From contig NC_068992.1 of assembly GCF_001194135.2 (NCBI RefSeq), positions 11,077,537-11,141,536 of the forward strand: DNA of 64,000 nt. The letters are read 5' to 3'. The position numbers and the translations under genes were made by a program. The notes beneath the pieces are model-generated. The model worked only from the letters and a program-made list of their open reading frames with translations, did not search any database and was not told the origin of the DNA. Positions 13,370-27,550 of the stretch are shown here, one piece after another (the stretch's first letter is position 1; each line of letters starts with the position of its first letter). This DNA is from Octopus bimaculoides. Taxonomy: Eukaryota.

Positions 13370-13560
13370 ATCATCATTATCCTAATCATCATCCCTTAAC
13401 ATTCATTCGTCATGCTGGCATTAGCTGAATCTGATAAGCCAAAAGAGTGTGCTGAGTTCCATTCTCTGGTTTGGCACCGTTGCTATGGCCGGATGCCCTT
13501 CCTAACACCAACCACCTCACAGATTTTTACATGGCACCAGCACAAGTAATGTCACCCATT
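13370..13560 (-). mobile_element. S3 copy
   Basis: Runs CATCATCCCTTAAC...CATGCTGGCA...GGCCGGATGCCCTTCCTAACACCAACC. Confidence 0.7.
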
Positions 13561-13678
13561 AACTTGCAAGTCAGCGTGGGTGGATGGGGCATATTGTGAT
13601 ATATATATACATTAAGCATGATACACAGATGTCTATTTCAATCTAATACTGTGTCTGTTGCATAGAATAGGTTGTTAT

Positions 13679-13718
<40 letters not shown>

Positions 13719-13807
13719 AGGCAAAATTAATAGAGGTCACAAAAGAGACAGAGGTTACTGATTAGCAGTAACTATTGCTAGAAATAAGAGTTAAAACAAC
13801 TCAAAAG

Positions 13808-13845
<38 letters not shown>

Positions 13846-14165
13846 AGTGGTGTAGTATACTATGCATATGTATGTATATATGTATATATATATATATATA
13901 TATGTATGTGTATATATGTGTGTGTATATATATATGTGTGTTCGTGTATGTATGTGTATATATATATATATACATATCGTTTGTGGATATACATAACTCT
14001 GGAAGAGAAGCACCCTCTAAGATGCAGAGCAATATATTATATACTGAATAAAGACTAATGCCAAATCCATCTTCCATTCCATTCATCGATTATTATTATA
14101 TATACATACATACATACATATAAAATATATATATATTCATATATATCTATATATCTATCTATCTA

Positions 14166-14236
<71 letters not shown>

Positions 14237-14470
14237 GTACACATGAGTATATGTGTGCACATACATCTACCTTTGTATGTACACCGACACCTCAAAAGTA
14301 AATAGACGCTATCATTCTTAAAAGATTTGAAATCTTGGGACAAAATAATGTCATTTGATGCATTTAAATACCTTATGCATAATGCATTAACACATTTGAA
14401 ACACCTAGTGGTGTCTGCACATATGAAATGGTATTATGAAGAGGTGCCTATGTACTTTTCAGATATATAC

Positions 14471-14528
<58 letters not shown>

Positions 14529-14536
14529 AGATAGAG

Positions 14537-14567
<31 letters not shown>

Positions 14568-15290
14568 GAGATAGATAGATAGATAGATAAATAGATAGAN
14601 NNNNNNNNNNNNNNNNNNNNNNNNNNNNNNNNNNNNNNNNNNNNNNNNNNNNNNNNNNNNNNNNNNNNNNNNNNNNNNNNNNNNNNNNNNNNNNNNNNNN
14701 NNNNNNNNNNNNNNNNNNNNNNNNNNNNNNNNNNNNNNNNNNNNNNNNNNNNNNNNNNNNNNNNNNNNNNNNNNNNNNNNNNNNNNNNNNNNNNNNNNNN
14801 NNNNNNNNNNNNNNNNNNNNNNNNNNNNNNNNNNNNNNNNNNNNNNNNNNNNNNNNNNNNNNNNNNNNNNNNNNNNNNNNNNNNNNNNNNNNNNNNNNNN
14901 NNNNNNNNNNNNNNNNNNNNNNNNNNNNNNNNNNNNNNNNNNNNNNNNNNNNNNNNNNNNNNNNNNNNNNNNNNNNNNNNNNNNNNNNNNNNNNNNNNNN
15001 NNNNNNNNNNNNNNNNNNNNNNNNNNNNNNNNNNNNNNNNNNNNNNNNNNNNNNNNNNNNNNNNNNNNNNNNNNNNNNNNNNNNNNNNNNNNNNNNNNNN
15101 NNNNNNNNNNNNNNNNNNNNNNNNNNNNNNNNNNNNNNNNNNNNNNNNNNNNNNNNNNNNNNNNNNNNNNNNNNNNNNNNNNNNNNNNNNNNNNNNNNNN
15201 NNNNNNNNNNNNNNNNNNNNNNNNNNNNNNNNNNNNNNNNNNNNNNNNNNNNNNNNNNNNNNNNNNNNNNNNNNNNNNNNNNNNNNNNNN

Positions 15291-15334
<44 letters not shown>

Positions 15335-15819
15335 GTAGAAGAATTAGAGAAATTTTCAACCATTAATTAGTCAATGGACAACATATTTTTCATATAAAAT
15401 TAGTGTACATCCATGCACAAAAGAGGTGACCCTAAACAGGACACCTTACGTGCTAAAAGGAACAGTCAAAGTCCAAAACCACGATTAAGAGTAATTTCGA
15501 AGGGGATGAAAAATAAAAACATTTTCAGTAGTTACCACTTCAGCATGTAAGGTGTTCTGTTTAGGGTCACCTCTTTTGTGTATAAATGTACACTAATTTT
15601 ATATATATGTGTATGTGTGTCTGTGTGTGTTTTTATCTGTCTGTTGGTATACATACATATACATGTGTATATCTATCTATCTATATAAATATACACACAC
15701 ACACATGTATATAGAGATTTATGAGTTTTTTGTGTGGTTCTGTCTTTAGTTGTCATATGATAGGTGAGATTGTTGAAATAAGTAAAATGTTGCATAGTAA
15801 TCATCTTCCTTCTCATCAT

Positions 15820-15960
15820 CCTCATCATCATTTAGTGTCTGTTTATCATGCTGGCATGTGTTGAATGGCTCAGCAGAGGACTGTATCAAGCTCAGATGTC
15901 TACTTAGGCATGGTTTCTACAGCTGGATGCCCGTCCTAATGCTAACCAGTCTATAGACCG
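15820..15960 (-). mobile_element. S3 copy
   Basis: Runs CATCATCATTTAGTGTC...CATGCTGGCATG...ACAGCTGGATGCCCGTCCTAATGC. Confidence 0.7.
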
Positions 15961-16499
15961 TAGTGGATGATTTTGAAGTGGAACTGGTTCTAGTGAGATT
16001 ACCAAGTAACTCACAAAACCTGATAAGCTCACTATAGCCAGTATCAATTAAAAAAAAAAAAAAAGAAAGAAACCACTCAACACACTCTGCAATAAACAAT
16101 AAAAACTACTGTGCAAAATGAAATTTATTTGCTCATAATTCATTTCAGAAATATGAACGTATTACATCAGAACACTGCAGAACAAAGGTGGCTTGTTATT
16201 CAGAAATATTTTGCTCCAATATATAATTTCAGTTTAACAACAACAGATGAAAGAGTTCATAGGTGATCCACTAACTAGAAGAATTATTAATATGCTGCTT
16301 AGCAGGACTTACAGATTTAATTAATGATGTGCCGATACATTCTGGTCACCCAATGTCAGTCAGACCGAGGAGGAAACGTTCAACTAGTTGGCTAATATTA
16401 CATACATGTATTCTGTATGTATGCATGCATGTATGTATGTATGTATGTATGAATGGATGGATGGATGAATGAATGGATGGATGTGTCTGTGTCTATATA

Positions 16500-16652
16500 T
16501 ATATCATCAGTAGCATTTAATGTCCATCTCCGATGCTGGCGTGGTTTGGATGACTCTACAAGAGCTGGCAAACCAAAGAACTGTGTCGACTTTTATTGTC
16601 AGCTTTGGCATGGTTTCCATGCCTGCATGCTCTTCCTAACACCAACCACTTT
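16500..16652 (-). mobile_element. S3 copy
   Basis: Runs CATTTAATGTCC...GATGCTGGCGTGG...TCTTCCTAACACCAACCAC. Confidence 0.7.
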
Positions 16653-16890
16653 ACACACACACACACACACACACGCACACACACACACATTTATTCTTCT
16701 TTAACAAGAAGTGTTTACAGTGACTTCGAAGTCTTAGCAGGTAGAAACTTCAAAGTCACTGTCAACACTATTTTTGTTAAAGTATAATATATATATATGT
16801 ATTCTGCAAAATGTATGGAGCAAAACTTTAGTTTAAGGCACTACTGTTTTTACTGTAACTGAACATAAAACAAACATTAATATATTCATA

Positions 16891-16946
16891 TGTGTGTATG
16901 TACATATGTGTGTATGTACATATGTGTGTATGTACATATGTGTGTA

Positions 16947-16952
<6 letters not shown>
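16891..16952. repeat. 16-bp minisatellite (ATATGTGTGTATGTAC), about 4 units
   Basis: Read directly from the sequence. Confidence 0.85.
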
Positions 16953-16985
<33 letters not shown>

Positions 16986-17198
16986 CAGGTTAGCTGAGTT
17001 AGAGGTTAAAATAACTGGCTAAGGGATAGAAGTATCCATTACACTACTGGTATATTACCTATGTTTAACCATGGCCATACATATGCAAGTATATTATGCT
17101 CATAGACGAAGATAAACAGGAATTTATATAATTTCAGTTTAACAACAACAGATGAAAGAGTTAATATCAAGAATCAAAATTTAAAGAAATCAGAAAAT

Positions 17199-17266
<68 letters not shown>

Positions 17267-17274
17267 GTATATCA

Positions 17275-17500
17275 CTATCATCATTTAACATCCATTGTCA
17301 CCATGCTGGCATGGGTAGGACGGTTTGACCACGGCTGGTAAGCTGAGGGACTGCACTAAATTCCATTCTGATTTAGCATGGTTTCTATGGCTGGATGCCC
17401 TTCCTAATGCCAACCACCCCAAAAATGTAATGGATGCTTTTATGTGCCACTGTTATAGGTGCCAGTTGTATGGCACCATTACCTGCCATGACTATGATTC
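17275..17500 (-). mobile_element. S3 copy
   Basis: Runs CATCATTTAACATCC...CCATGCTGGCATGGG...GGCTGGATGCCCTTCCTAATGCCAACC. Confidence 0.75.
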
Positions 17501-17549
17501 CACTTGGCTTAATAGATAGATAGGTTAGATAAACAGTTAGATAGTTAAG

Positions 17550-17608
<59 letters not shown>

Positions 17609-18244
17609 ATAAATAGATAGATAGATAGATACATTTCTTTTATTAGCCACACATTTTTATTGTAACATAAATAATAGTCTTTTTTAAGTCCCTTCTACTT
17701 AAATTTTCATCAACTCTTGTTATCATGATGGAGTCTGTATTCACTTCATGTGTGAAAGTGGAACTGCTTATAAACCTACAAATTCAAATTGTAGAATGTT
17801 AAAATAATAACAACGACTTCATTACATTGGCAAATATAAACACAAACATATGTTTATATACATGCATTGTGTCATTAATGACAAGTCCTGTATTCAGCCA
17901 AGTGACAACTCTGAGCTGGAAACTACTCCAGTGGTTTGTCATTTAGGGGCTTAAATATACACATTTATGGTTGTTCAAAATCCCATAACAACATTGCTTT
18001 GGTTAGAAGTAAATACAGTATGTTCTCAATAAACAATGGCCCTGTTAAATATAAATAAATATCCATAAATTGATAAACTGAGTAAAAGCTATGTCATGCT
18101 GTGCATATATTTGAAGGAGATATTTGTGTGTATGTGTATGTAGTTTAAAAGGTTTATGATGTGATATATTCCTTTCTGCTATAGGAATATATCACATCAT
18201 TCTGATGTGATATATTCCTGTCAGGCATTATATATGTATAATGC

Positions 18245-18435
18245 CTGAAACCGTGGTGAGCGGGGTGAGCGGGCTAGTCAATCATATTAACCCCAGCGCT
18301 CAACAAGTACCTATTGAAAGTTGAAAAGCAAAGTCGACCTCAATGGAATTTGAAACCATGGCATAAAGACGGCCAAAATGCTGCCAAGCATTGTGTCCGT
18401 TGTGCCAATGATTCTGCCAGTTCAACGCCTTATGG
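18245..18435 (-). mobile_element. SINE S2
   Basis: Contains GAAAAGCAAAGTCGACCTCAATGGAATTTGAA and TTCTGCCAGTTC blocks in reverse orientation. Confidence 0.75.
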
Positions 18436-18989
18436 TGTGATATAATGCAAAATGGGCAAAATTCTGAAAGCTGCAGCAAGGCATTCATCTGTTGATGCAA
18501 ACTGAATTTGCTGGAATGTTGCATGAGGTTCAGGTGATAACATATTTGTGGTTTTGGTTTGCAGTGCATAGAATGATAAGATGGATACTTGTACATGTTA
18601 TTGGACTGATTTTTTTTCTGAAAAATTCTGCATAATCAGTTTAAGAAATGTAGAGGTTAGATTAACTGTGGATTATGAGTCAAACAGGAAAGCTTCAGGT
18701 AAATACAACTGACTGTAATTTAATATTAGGAACAAGACTAAGAATACATAACAGTTGAAAGGAATCGGCTTTACATATCATAGTACAGGAACCCAGTTGT
18801 GGTTGTTTCACCTCAGGTTTGGTTTGGTTTGGTTTGGTTGAGCAGTCATTATCAAATTCATTCCCACTCTGACCATTTCATTGTTATTTTGTAATGTTAA
18901 ATATCTGCTCTTCTACAGTATGATATATTTTATAAAAGCTTGTGATAGCTTAAGATAAATATAACCGATTGCAGTTTAATTGTGGGTTC

Positions 18990-19190
18990 AAATTTTGGCT
19001 CAAGGCCAGCAATTACGGAGGTGGAGAGAAGTCAATTAGATCAATTCCAGTGTTCAATTTATACATATTTTATCAAAGCTGAAAAGATAAAAGGCAAAGT
19101 CAACCTCAGCATAAAGGGAACTCAGAACATAAAAATGAGGAAAATGCCACTAAGCATTTTACCTGGTGGGCTAATAGTTCTGCCAGCTTA
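18990..19190 (-). mobile_element. SINE S2
   Basis: Contains GATAAAAGGCAAAGTCAACCTCAGC...TTCTGCCAGCT. Confidence 0.7.
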
Positions 19191-19951
19191 AAATTATTAT
19201 GCCATTTTAATATTAGGAACAGAACTAAGAATATATAGCAGTTAGAGGCAAATAGCATTATATATAGTGCTGCAGGAACCTAGCTTTTATTATTCAGCTT
19301 CAGGTGAGACTATCACAATTCCATCTTTATTCTAAAATGTAAAGTATCTGGTGTGTTATTTTACAGTAGTGTATGATTCAAGGAATAATTTACTGCTATT
19401 TCCAAAAGGTCAAGCAGCTGCATAGAAGACTCTCTTTTTTACCCACAGGAATACAATGTTACAGAGTGCAGAATTAGTTTATTAGCATTCTGTGAGATTG
19501 TCTGCCAGATAGTAATTCCATGCAGTAACATCTCCAGCTTAAAATGGTAGTATTAGTAGATATAACCTACAGGTTGAAGACTGGTTTGATGGCTGGTTAA
19601 TTTAATGTTGTAGTAAATATGCTCTGTGTTACCTTGGTGATCTCACTATGGCCATAAGAAAACAGATAATATTTGGCGATTAGGAGAACTGCTGCGTATA
19701 ATGATGACTTAGACTGTATCTATATAATAAATAGTATATCACATGTGTCTATACTGACAACTGTAATAGATCAATAAATATAGCATATTTATAAAAGTGT
19801 GGAAACTTGCAGATTTTGTGGCTCTTAAGTGCAGCCTTCTGGAAAAGAAGGGAAAGTCTTGATTTGGCATTAAAAAAGTGCTTCTTTTTTCTTGATAACA
19901 TAGTGTTGTATGTATTCACTATGTATATGTATATATGTACATATATATATT

Positions 19952-20082
<131 letters not shown>

Positions 20083-20605
20083 AGATAGATACATACATAT
20101 ATACATGCATATACACATTCACACACATACATGTGTGTGTATAATATATATTTTATATATATGCGTGTGTGTATATATATATATGTATATATACATATAC
20201 ACGTATACATGCATAGATATGTATATATACACATATATATACACATATAAAAATCATTAAAATGTGAGCATGTATTTTCATCTTATATTTTTATAGTTAA
20301 TAATTACATTTTTACAGTAGCAACATCTCCCCATATGTTTAATAAAATTTCCTTTAATGCAGCATCATTAGATTGCACTTAATTCAATGTGACTTTCAAA
20401 TGTAAAAAGGTTCTTCACCCCTGGTACATAATATTAGCAAACCTTATGCTCCACCCCAACAAAATAATATAGCAAGTCCTGATCTTCCTATCATTCTGAT
20501 ATCAACATGTTTTTCTTTACATATGTATATTACTGCATATATATACATATATATGTATATATATGCAAATATATATATATATATATATATGTTTATATGC
20601 ATATA

Positions 20606-20652
<47 letters not shown>

Positions 20653-21636
20653 CGTAGGTAGGTAGGGTAATTATTCGAATAACTGTCCGAAGAATTTCCA
20701 ACAGGAAATCTCTTAGATGTTTATCAAACACAAACAACTTTGTAATTCCTTTTAGCAAATGAAATATATGTAATGCTGAATAAATAATACCAAATAATTT
20801 TCCATTTTCTTGTTTTGTTATATAATATATATATATTTATATATATATATATGACTATTAACATTTTAAATGACAGAAATTGAAGTGTTACATAGTATGC
20901 ACCCACCAGACTATATAGGAACATATTGACATATCTAATACTGCATATATATGTGTGTGAATGTATATATACATACTTACATACACATACATGTATCATG
21001 TATATATACATACATACACACACATATACATATACATGCACACACACATACACACACATATATATACATGCAGATACTGTACCCTTTCTCTCATTCTTGA
21101 AGAATGCCATTTATAGGATCAGCATAACTTCAGATACAAAACAACCATTAAACCATTGTACCTCTATTTTTAGCTTCTAAGACTTATACAACTGTCCTTA
21201 TATCTCTGATCATGACTACTATATCATGGCTTGATCCAAAGTAGGTTGACACATTTGCTTCTCTTTCAGTTACTGTATCATACCTCATCTCTCAACTCTT
21301 TGATACCAACTGGCGCAAAAGCGCTTCAGATTCCATCAAACAAACTTTCTACTTTTAAGTGAAATAAATCAAAAACGTCCATTAAGATTTCATGTTAAAT
21401 TATGCTCTTAAATATCAGCTTCAAAATGATCATTATTTTACTAAATTCGTCATTATTTTTGAAATTCATTGAAACAAATGTAGAAAAATGATAACAAAAA
21501 CAGGATACTAAAACGGCTAAATTTTAACTGTGACCACTTCACTCATCTTTTTTCCCTTTTCTGATCTCCTTCTACTCAAATAGCTCCTTGGCTTTCAGCA
21601 ATCTGTCTTCAGCTGTTCATAATGAACTTGTGTGTG

Positions 21637-21704
<68 letters not shown>

Positions 21705-22807
21705 TTTGTGTGTCTGTCTGTCTGTGTCTGTGTATCTGTGTGTGAGTGTGTGTATAAAATATATGTATTGGTACAGCCAGCTCTTGTTAAGCTGTCCAAA
21801 CATGGAGAATGGACATTAGATGGTGATGATGGTGATACATACATATACATTCATACAGAAAAATGTATTTTAAAATGTTTGAAGAAATGTCATACACAAA
21901 TCCCACATAGACACTCACAAATACACACACTCTCTCACAGATATATGTATATGTCTGTGTGTGTGTATATGTAACTTTCAGATATAGGTTTGTAATTCTA
22001 GTTCTCTTATGCCATATACACTCATACATGCACACACAAACTCTATTTTTTTCCATCCTAATCTGGGATTGAACATTATGTATAGCAAATCAGTGATAAA
22101 TCATACATCCTGCCTAGTTTACATCCACGATTTAACTTATTACACAAGCTGACATGGAATATTTAGTGAGCTTTAATAAAACATTTGTCATCCATTTGGG
22201 AATGTAAATAAATGTGGAGTAATTCAATTATTCATTTTCACTCAAATACACATATCAAAAACAGTGTTTCTTATGATTCGTTTTTTGCTAAAACAAATAC
22301 CATTGCCATAGTGATGCATTATAACAACTCACAATTTTTGCACATTCTGTGTGTGTGTGAAAATTTCTGTACAAGAATGTGTACAGATGAATGTTGCTAG
22401 CAGAATTTCACATATTTACATCGTGTCGAAAGACATGTCTAAGATATCAGCTCATAACTTTGAGGCTGCAATTGATTTTTTTTTTCTGTTGTTTGTTAGT
22501 TTTTTATTTTGTCTCTTTCCTTGAATGTGCTACAGCAAATGTTTTATTTTGCTTCTATAGTACAATATAAAATGAGGATGGAGTTACTAAAGCCTTATAT
22601 ATGCCAGTCACAAGTTTCACAGCTTTTCACTTTTTATTTCATGTATATAAGATTTCCTGGTAATTCTGTCTTTCTGTTTTGTGCATTCTTCTATGTGTTT
22701 AATTATTTATTTGCAATGCTCTTTTATCACGTATGATAACTACCGAAACACTGATAAGTTATCGGTCATACATCTTTCTCTCTCTCTCTCTCTCTCTATC
22801 TCTTTAA

Positions 22808-22837
22808 ATCATCATCATCATGATCACCAACATCATT

Positions 22838-22884
<47 letters not shown>

Positions 22885-23100
22885 TTAATGTCCATTTTCC
22901 ATCTTGGTACTAGTTGGATGGCTTGACAAGAACTGGCAAGGCCAGTGGGTAGACTAAGTCTGTTCTGGCTTGGTTTTTACAGCTGGATGCCCTTCCTAAT
23001 GCCAACCGTCACCAGTTTCCGCCAAAAGTAATATTTCTTGGGGTTAGGCATATTCTTTCAGAATATTGGAAATGAATGTCACTGCTTTTGTATAACGTTG
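22808..23100 (-). mobile_element. S3 copy with a long (ATC)n tail
   Basis: (CAT)n at 22808-22884 runs directly into TTTAATGTCCATTTTCC...ACAGCTGGATGCCCTTCCTAATGCCAACC. Confidence 0.75.
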
Positions 23101-23177
23101 GCACTTGTTTACATCTATCACTCTATGTCCTGACAAGAAGACACAAACACATTAACATACACAAGCATTTACACACA

Positions 23178-23215
<38 letters not shown>

Positions 23216-24369
23216 TACACACACATACACATACAATGAGCTTTTTTCTCTTTCTGTCTACCAAATCCACTCACAAGGATTTTGTGAACCCAGGCTGTGG
23301 CAGAAGACACTTTCCCAAGTTGCCAAGCATACATGCATACATACATACATACATACATACATACATACATACATGCATACATACATACATACATACATAC
23401 ATACATGTTTTTTGTTTTGTTTGAGTGTGTGTAATTTCATCTATGAATGAGTCTCAAGATATAAAAGAAACACTTAATAAGTTCCTGCTTGTACCTTCCA
23501 CTAGTATTTCATTGAGTTCTGTGGCCAAAACACTCAACTTTCAAATAGCCAAGTTTACCTTGTCGTAAATAAGTACTACATTATAGGAATAACTTGTTGC
23601 AGTAAGCACATATAACACAGTTAAATAGACAAGTATTTATTGACTAACACTGCTAAATTCAAATACACCTGCTAGAAAATTCTCCAATATAAGATTGTAT
23701 CCTATCTATAAGCAAATTTATCTTTTGTCTGAGAAATGGATATAATCACCAACATAGGACTATAGATGTCTGCAAGAGGACATTGTCAATATAGTGAAAT
23801 TTCTTTATTACATAAAGAGATTAACGTTAGCAATCCTGTTAGATATTTTTCTGTTTAAAGATTTGATTTATAATATAATTTAGTTACTTCCAACTGGGCA
23901 AAGACACGTTTTGTAGAGGAGGGGCAAAAACAGGTAAAAAAAAAAATACTCCCTGCACTAAGACTACTTATGTTGTTTATTTATAATGGTTTCCATGGAA
24001 ATGAAAAGTAAAGACAAGTCTGTGGGTTTTTTCCCAGAAGCTAGAAGTTCAAGATACTATCACATTTTTAACATTTTCATTAAAATGTAGTCTCCTCTTA
24101 ACCATTTAAGTTTTTTTTTATAAGAATTATGTGAAAATCTATTTATGATCTCTGGCATTTCATCATACTTATGATCAATACTTTTAAGTTTAAGTAGTTC
24201 TGCTCCACTTTTTTTCTTTTTTCTTTTGAGTGCCATAGGTCAATGTTTCTGATTGTAAAGGGCCTGTGGAAATTGAAAAGGGGCCATACAAATCTTTTGT
24301 CTTCTGCATTTTACTTGTTTTTGTTATAGGACTGTCATAGGACTGCAGCTGTGCTGTCATGTTGCTTTG

Positions 24370-24670
24370 CTCGGGTTAGGGTTTTACTGGGTTTTAGCCA
24401 AAAAATTGATCTCAGCACTTATCTTTATAAAGCTTGATACTTATGCTTTTGCCAAAGCTGCTAAGCTACAGGGACATAAACAAACCAACACTGTTTATCA
24501 AGTGGTGGTGACAGGGAACAAACACACACCTATACATACAACTAACTTCTTTAGGTTTCCATCTACCAAATCCACTCACAAGGTTTTGGTCATTTGCTTA
24601 GGATGCCGTGCACGGGATTGAACTTGGAAGCACATTGCTGGGAAGCAAACGTTTTACCAACACAGCCACA
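24370..24670 (-). mobile_element. SINE S1, diverged
   Basis: Contains TTTCCATCTACCAAATCCACTCACAAGG and CACACAGCCAC-like blocks. Confidence 0.7.
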
Positions 24671-24699
24671 GCATCTTCAATTAAAATTAGAATAGTTCT

Positions 24700-24990
24700 C
24701 ATCATCATCGTCGTCGTTTACCATTTGATTTCCATGCTGGCATGAGTTGGACAGTTTGACTGAGGGCTGGCGAGCAAGAAGGCTGTACCAGGCTCCAATC
24801 TGATCTGGCAAAGTTTCTACAGCTGGATGCCTTTCCAAACACCACCCACTCTGAGAGTTTAGTGGGTGCTTTTTGCGTGCCACCAGCATGAGGGCCAGTC
24901 AGGTGGTACTGGCATTGACCACACTTGAATGGTGCTTTTTATGTGCCACTTGCAAGGGAGCCAGTCAGGTAGCACTGGCAACAGCCACTG
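24700..24990 (-). mobile_element. S3 copy, longer form
   Basis: Runs CATCATCGTCGTCGTTTA...CCATGCTGGCATGAG...CAGCTGGATGCC...TTTTGCGTGCCACCAGC. Confidence 0.75.
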
Positions 24991-25610
24991 TCAAATAGTA
25001 TGAGTTCTATACTTTTTAAATTTGACCACAACAAGGACAATGAAGGAAGAATTATATGAATGTAAGCACCATTTTGTTTTATTGTTACTAAAGAGCTTGG
25101 AGAAGGACAGTACACATATTAATGTTTTTGTGAGTTGATGGTAGTGGAACTGAACAGTCACTGCCAAAGGTGATATAGTTTGCTGTCAAAAGTGTCACCA
25201 GAACTGCAAAACTCTATATGACATGAGGATACAGTTCCAAGCACAACTACCTCCATTGAAAATCTAGAATCTTCTTCAATGATATAATCAATTTTTTTGC
25301 TTGTTTCAGTCTTTGGAGTGCGGCCATTTTGGAGTACTACTTTAAATGGTTTGAGTCAAATGAATATATATATATATTTGGTTATATTAAGGGCATTACT
25401 ATACATAAATGCCTCATGCTATGAGGGACTCTTAAAGTCAAAACTACCATAATAAATATTTATTACGGTAGTTTTGACCATAAATATATATAAAAGGAAT
25501 AATTATAAATTTTTCCCTTATGAGGTTTTCTTCATGCTGACTACTTGATAAATTCTTATAAAGATTTTATCCTATTTCAAAATTATATAATATTATATTA
25601 TAATCATATA

Positions 25611-26004
25611 CTCTTTTACTTGTTTCAGTCATTTGACTGTGGCCATGCTGGAGCACCACCTTTCGTCAAGCAAATTGACCCCAGGACTTATTCTATGTCA
25701 GCCTAGTACTTATTCTATCGAGATCTTTTGCTGAACCGCTAAGTTACGGGGATGTAAACACACCAGCATCGGTTATCAAGCGATGTTGGGGGGGGGGGAC
25801 AAACACAGACATACAAACACATACGTACATATATACATATATACGACGGGCGTCTTTCATTTTCTGTCTACCAAATTCACTCACAAGGCTTTGGTCGGCC
25901 CAAGGCTATAATAGAAGACACTTGCCCAAGGTGCCATGCAGTGGGACTGAACCCGGAACCATGTGGTTCGTAAGCAAGCTACTTACTACACAGCCACTCC
26001 TACG

Positions 26005-26008
<4 letters not shown>
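25611..26008 (-). mobile_element. SINE S1, full length and relatively young
   Basis: All family blocks are present, from CTTTTACTTGTTTCAGTCATT to ACTACACAGCCACTCCTACGCCT. Confidence 0.9.
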
Positions 26009-26081
<73 letters not shown>

Positions 26082-27202
26082 AGACAAATAGGCAAGCAGG
26101 CAGACAGACAGACAGACACATAGACAGATAGGTAGATAGATAGATAGATATATTTATATGTATATGTGTGTGCCTAACTACATATTCTCTGTGTCTTATT
26201 ATATAACTTGTGATCGTTGATGAAGCCTCACTGTTTAAAACAAATGGTGTTGTTTGCAGTCTTTTATGTCTGGGTTGTTTATTGTTTAACACTGAAAGAA
26301 TTGTTAAGTAACTTGGAAACAAGCGAGGGTCTCAGTGACAAGAAAGGGTTCTGGCTGTCAAAACTTTTGCCTCAAAGAATTTCCATCTGACTTGTGAAAG
26401 CATGGGTAAGTAGGCATTAAAATAACATCACTGCCACTGGTGGCAATGATGATGATGATGATGATGACGACGATGACAACATTGACGATGACGACGACGA
26501 TGACGATGATGATGATGAGGACAATGATGGATTGATTAACTTCAACTCACCCAGAACTAGAATATTTAATACTAGAAAGAAAGAAGGAAAGAAAGAAAAA
26601 GGAAAGAAAGAAAGAAAGAAAGAGAAGAAGGAAGAAAGAAAGAGAGATAGAAGTATCTGCTAGAAGAATACTGGAAGTTGAATATAGGTTTCAGCATGTA
26701 CACTAATTGGAAAACAATTATTAAAAACAAATGATGACCATTTTGTGATACATTATCAAACCATGCTTAACGGACAAATTTTGTTTGTTCTTTTTCTTCC
26801 CTTATTAAGCAACAGCAATAAAATAAGCAATGTAAAACACATTAAAACCAAATACATGTAACATGCTTCAAATAAATCAAAATTGGTAAATTATGGTAAG
26901 AATTTAAACAAACTAATCACAAAATATTATCCTACAAAGTCAAAGCCAATTACAAAACATGTTTTCTTTTTTTCCTTTTAATGACAAAAAAATAACAAAA
27001 TATATATTTTATTATTTGAGTATATATTGTCAGGACTACAATTTTTATAGGAATTAAAATGTATTTCGAAGAAGAGGAAATAATATTACTCATGTTTTAT
27101 AGTTGGTTTTATAACTACAAATTACATGGTGTCGCTATATATGGCACCACATACTTATTTACTTTTCCTCCTATTTGTATATTATCATTATGTTTAATAG
27201 GC

Positions 27203-27234
<32 letters not shown>

Positions 27235-27336
27235 GCATATATATATATATATGCAAATACATAGGTATATATACATATACATATATATATATATATATAT
27301 ACATAATATATACATGAATGTATATATTTATATACA

Positions 27337-27405
<69 letters not shown>

Positions 27406-27478
27406 ATATGCATACAAATATATACATGTATACATATATGTATATCTATCTATCTAACTATATATATACATACATATA

Positions 27479-27550
<72 letters not shown>

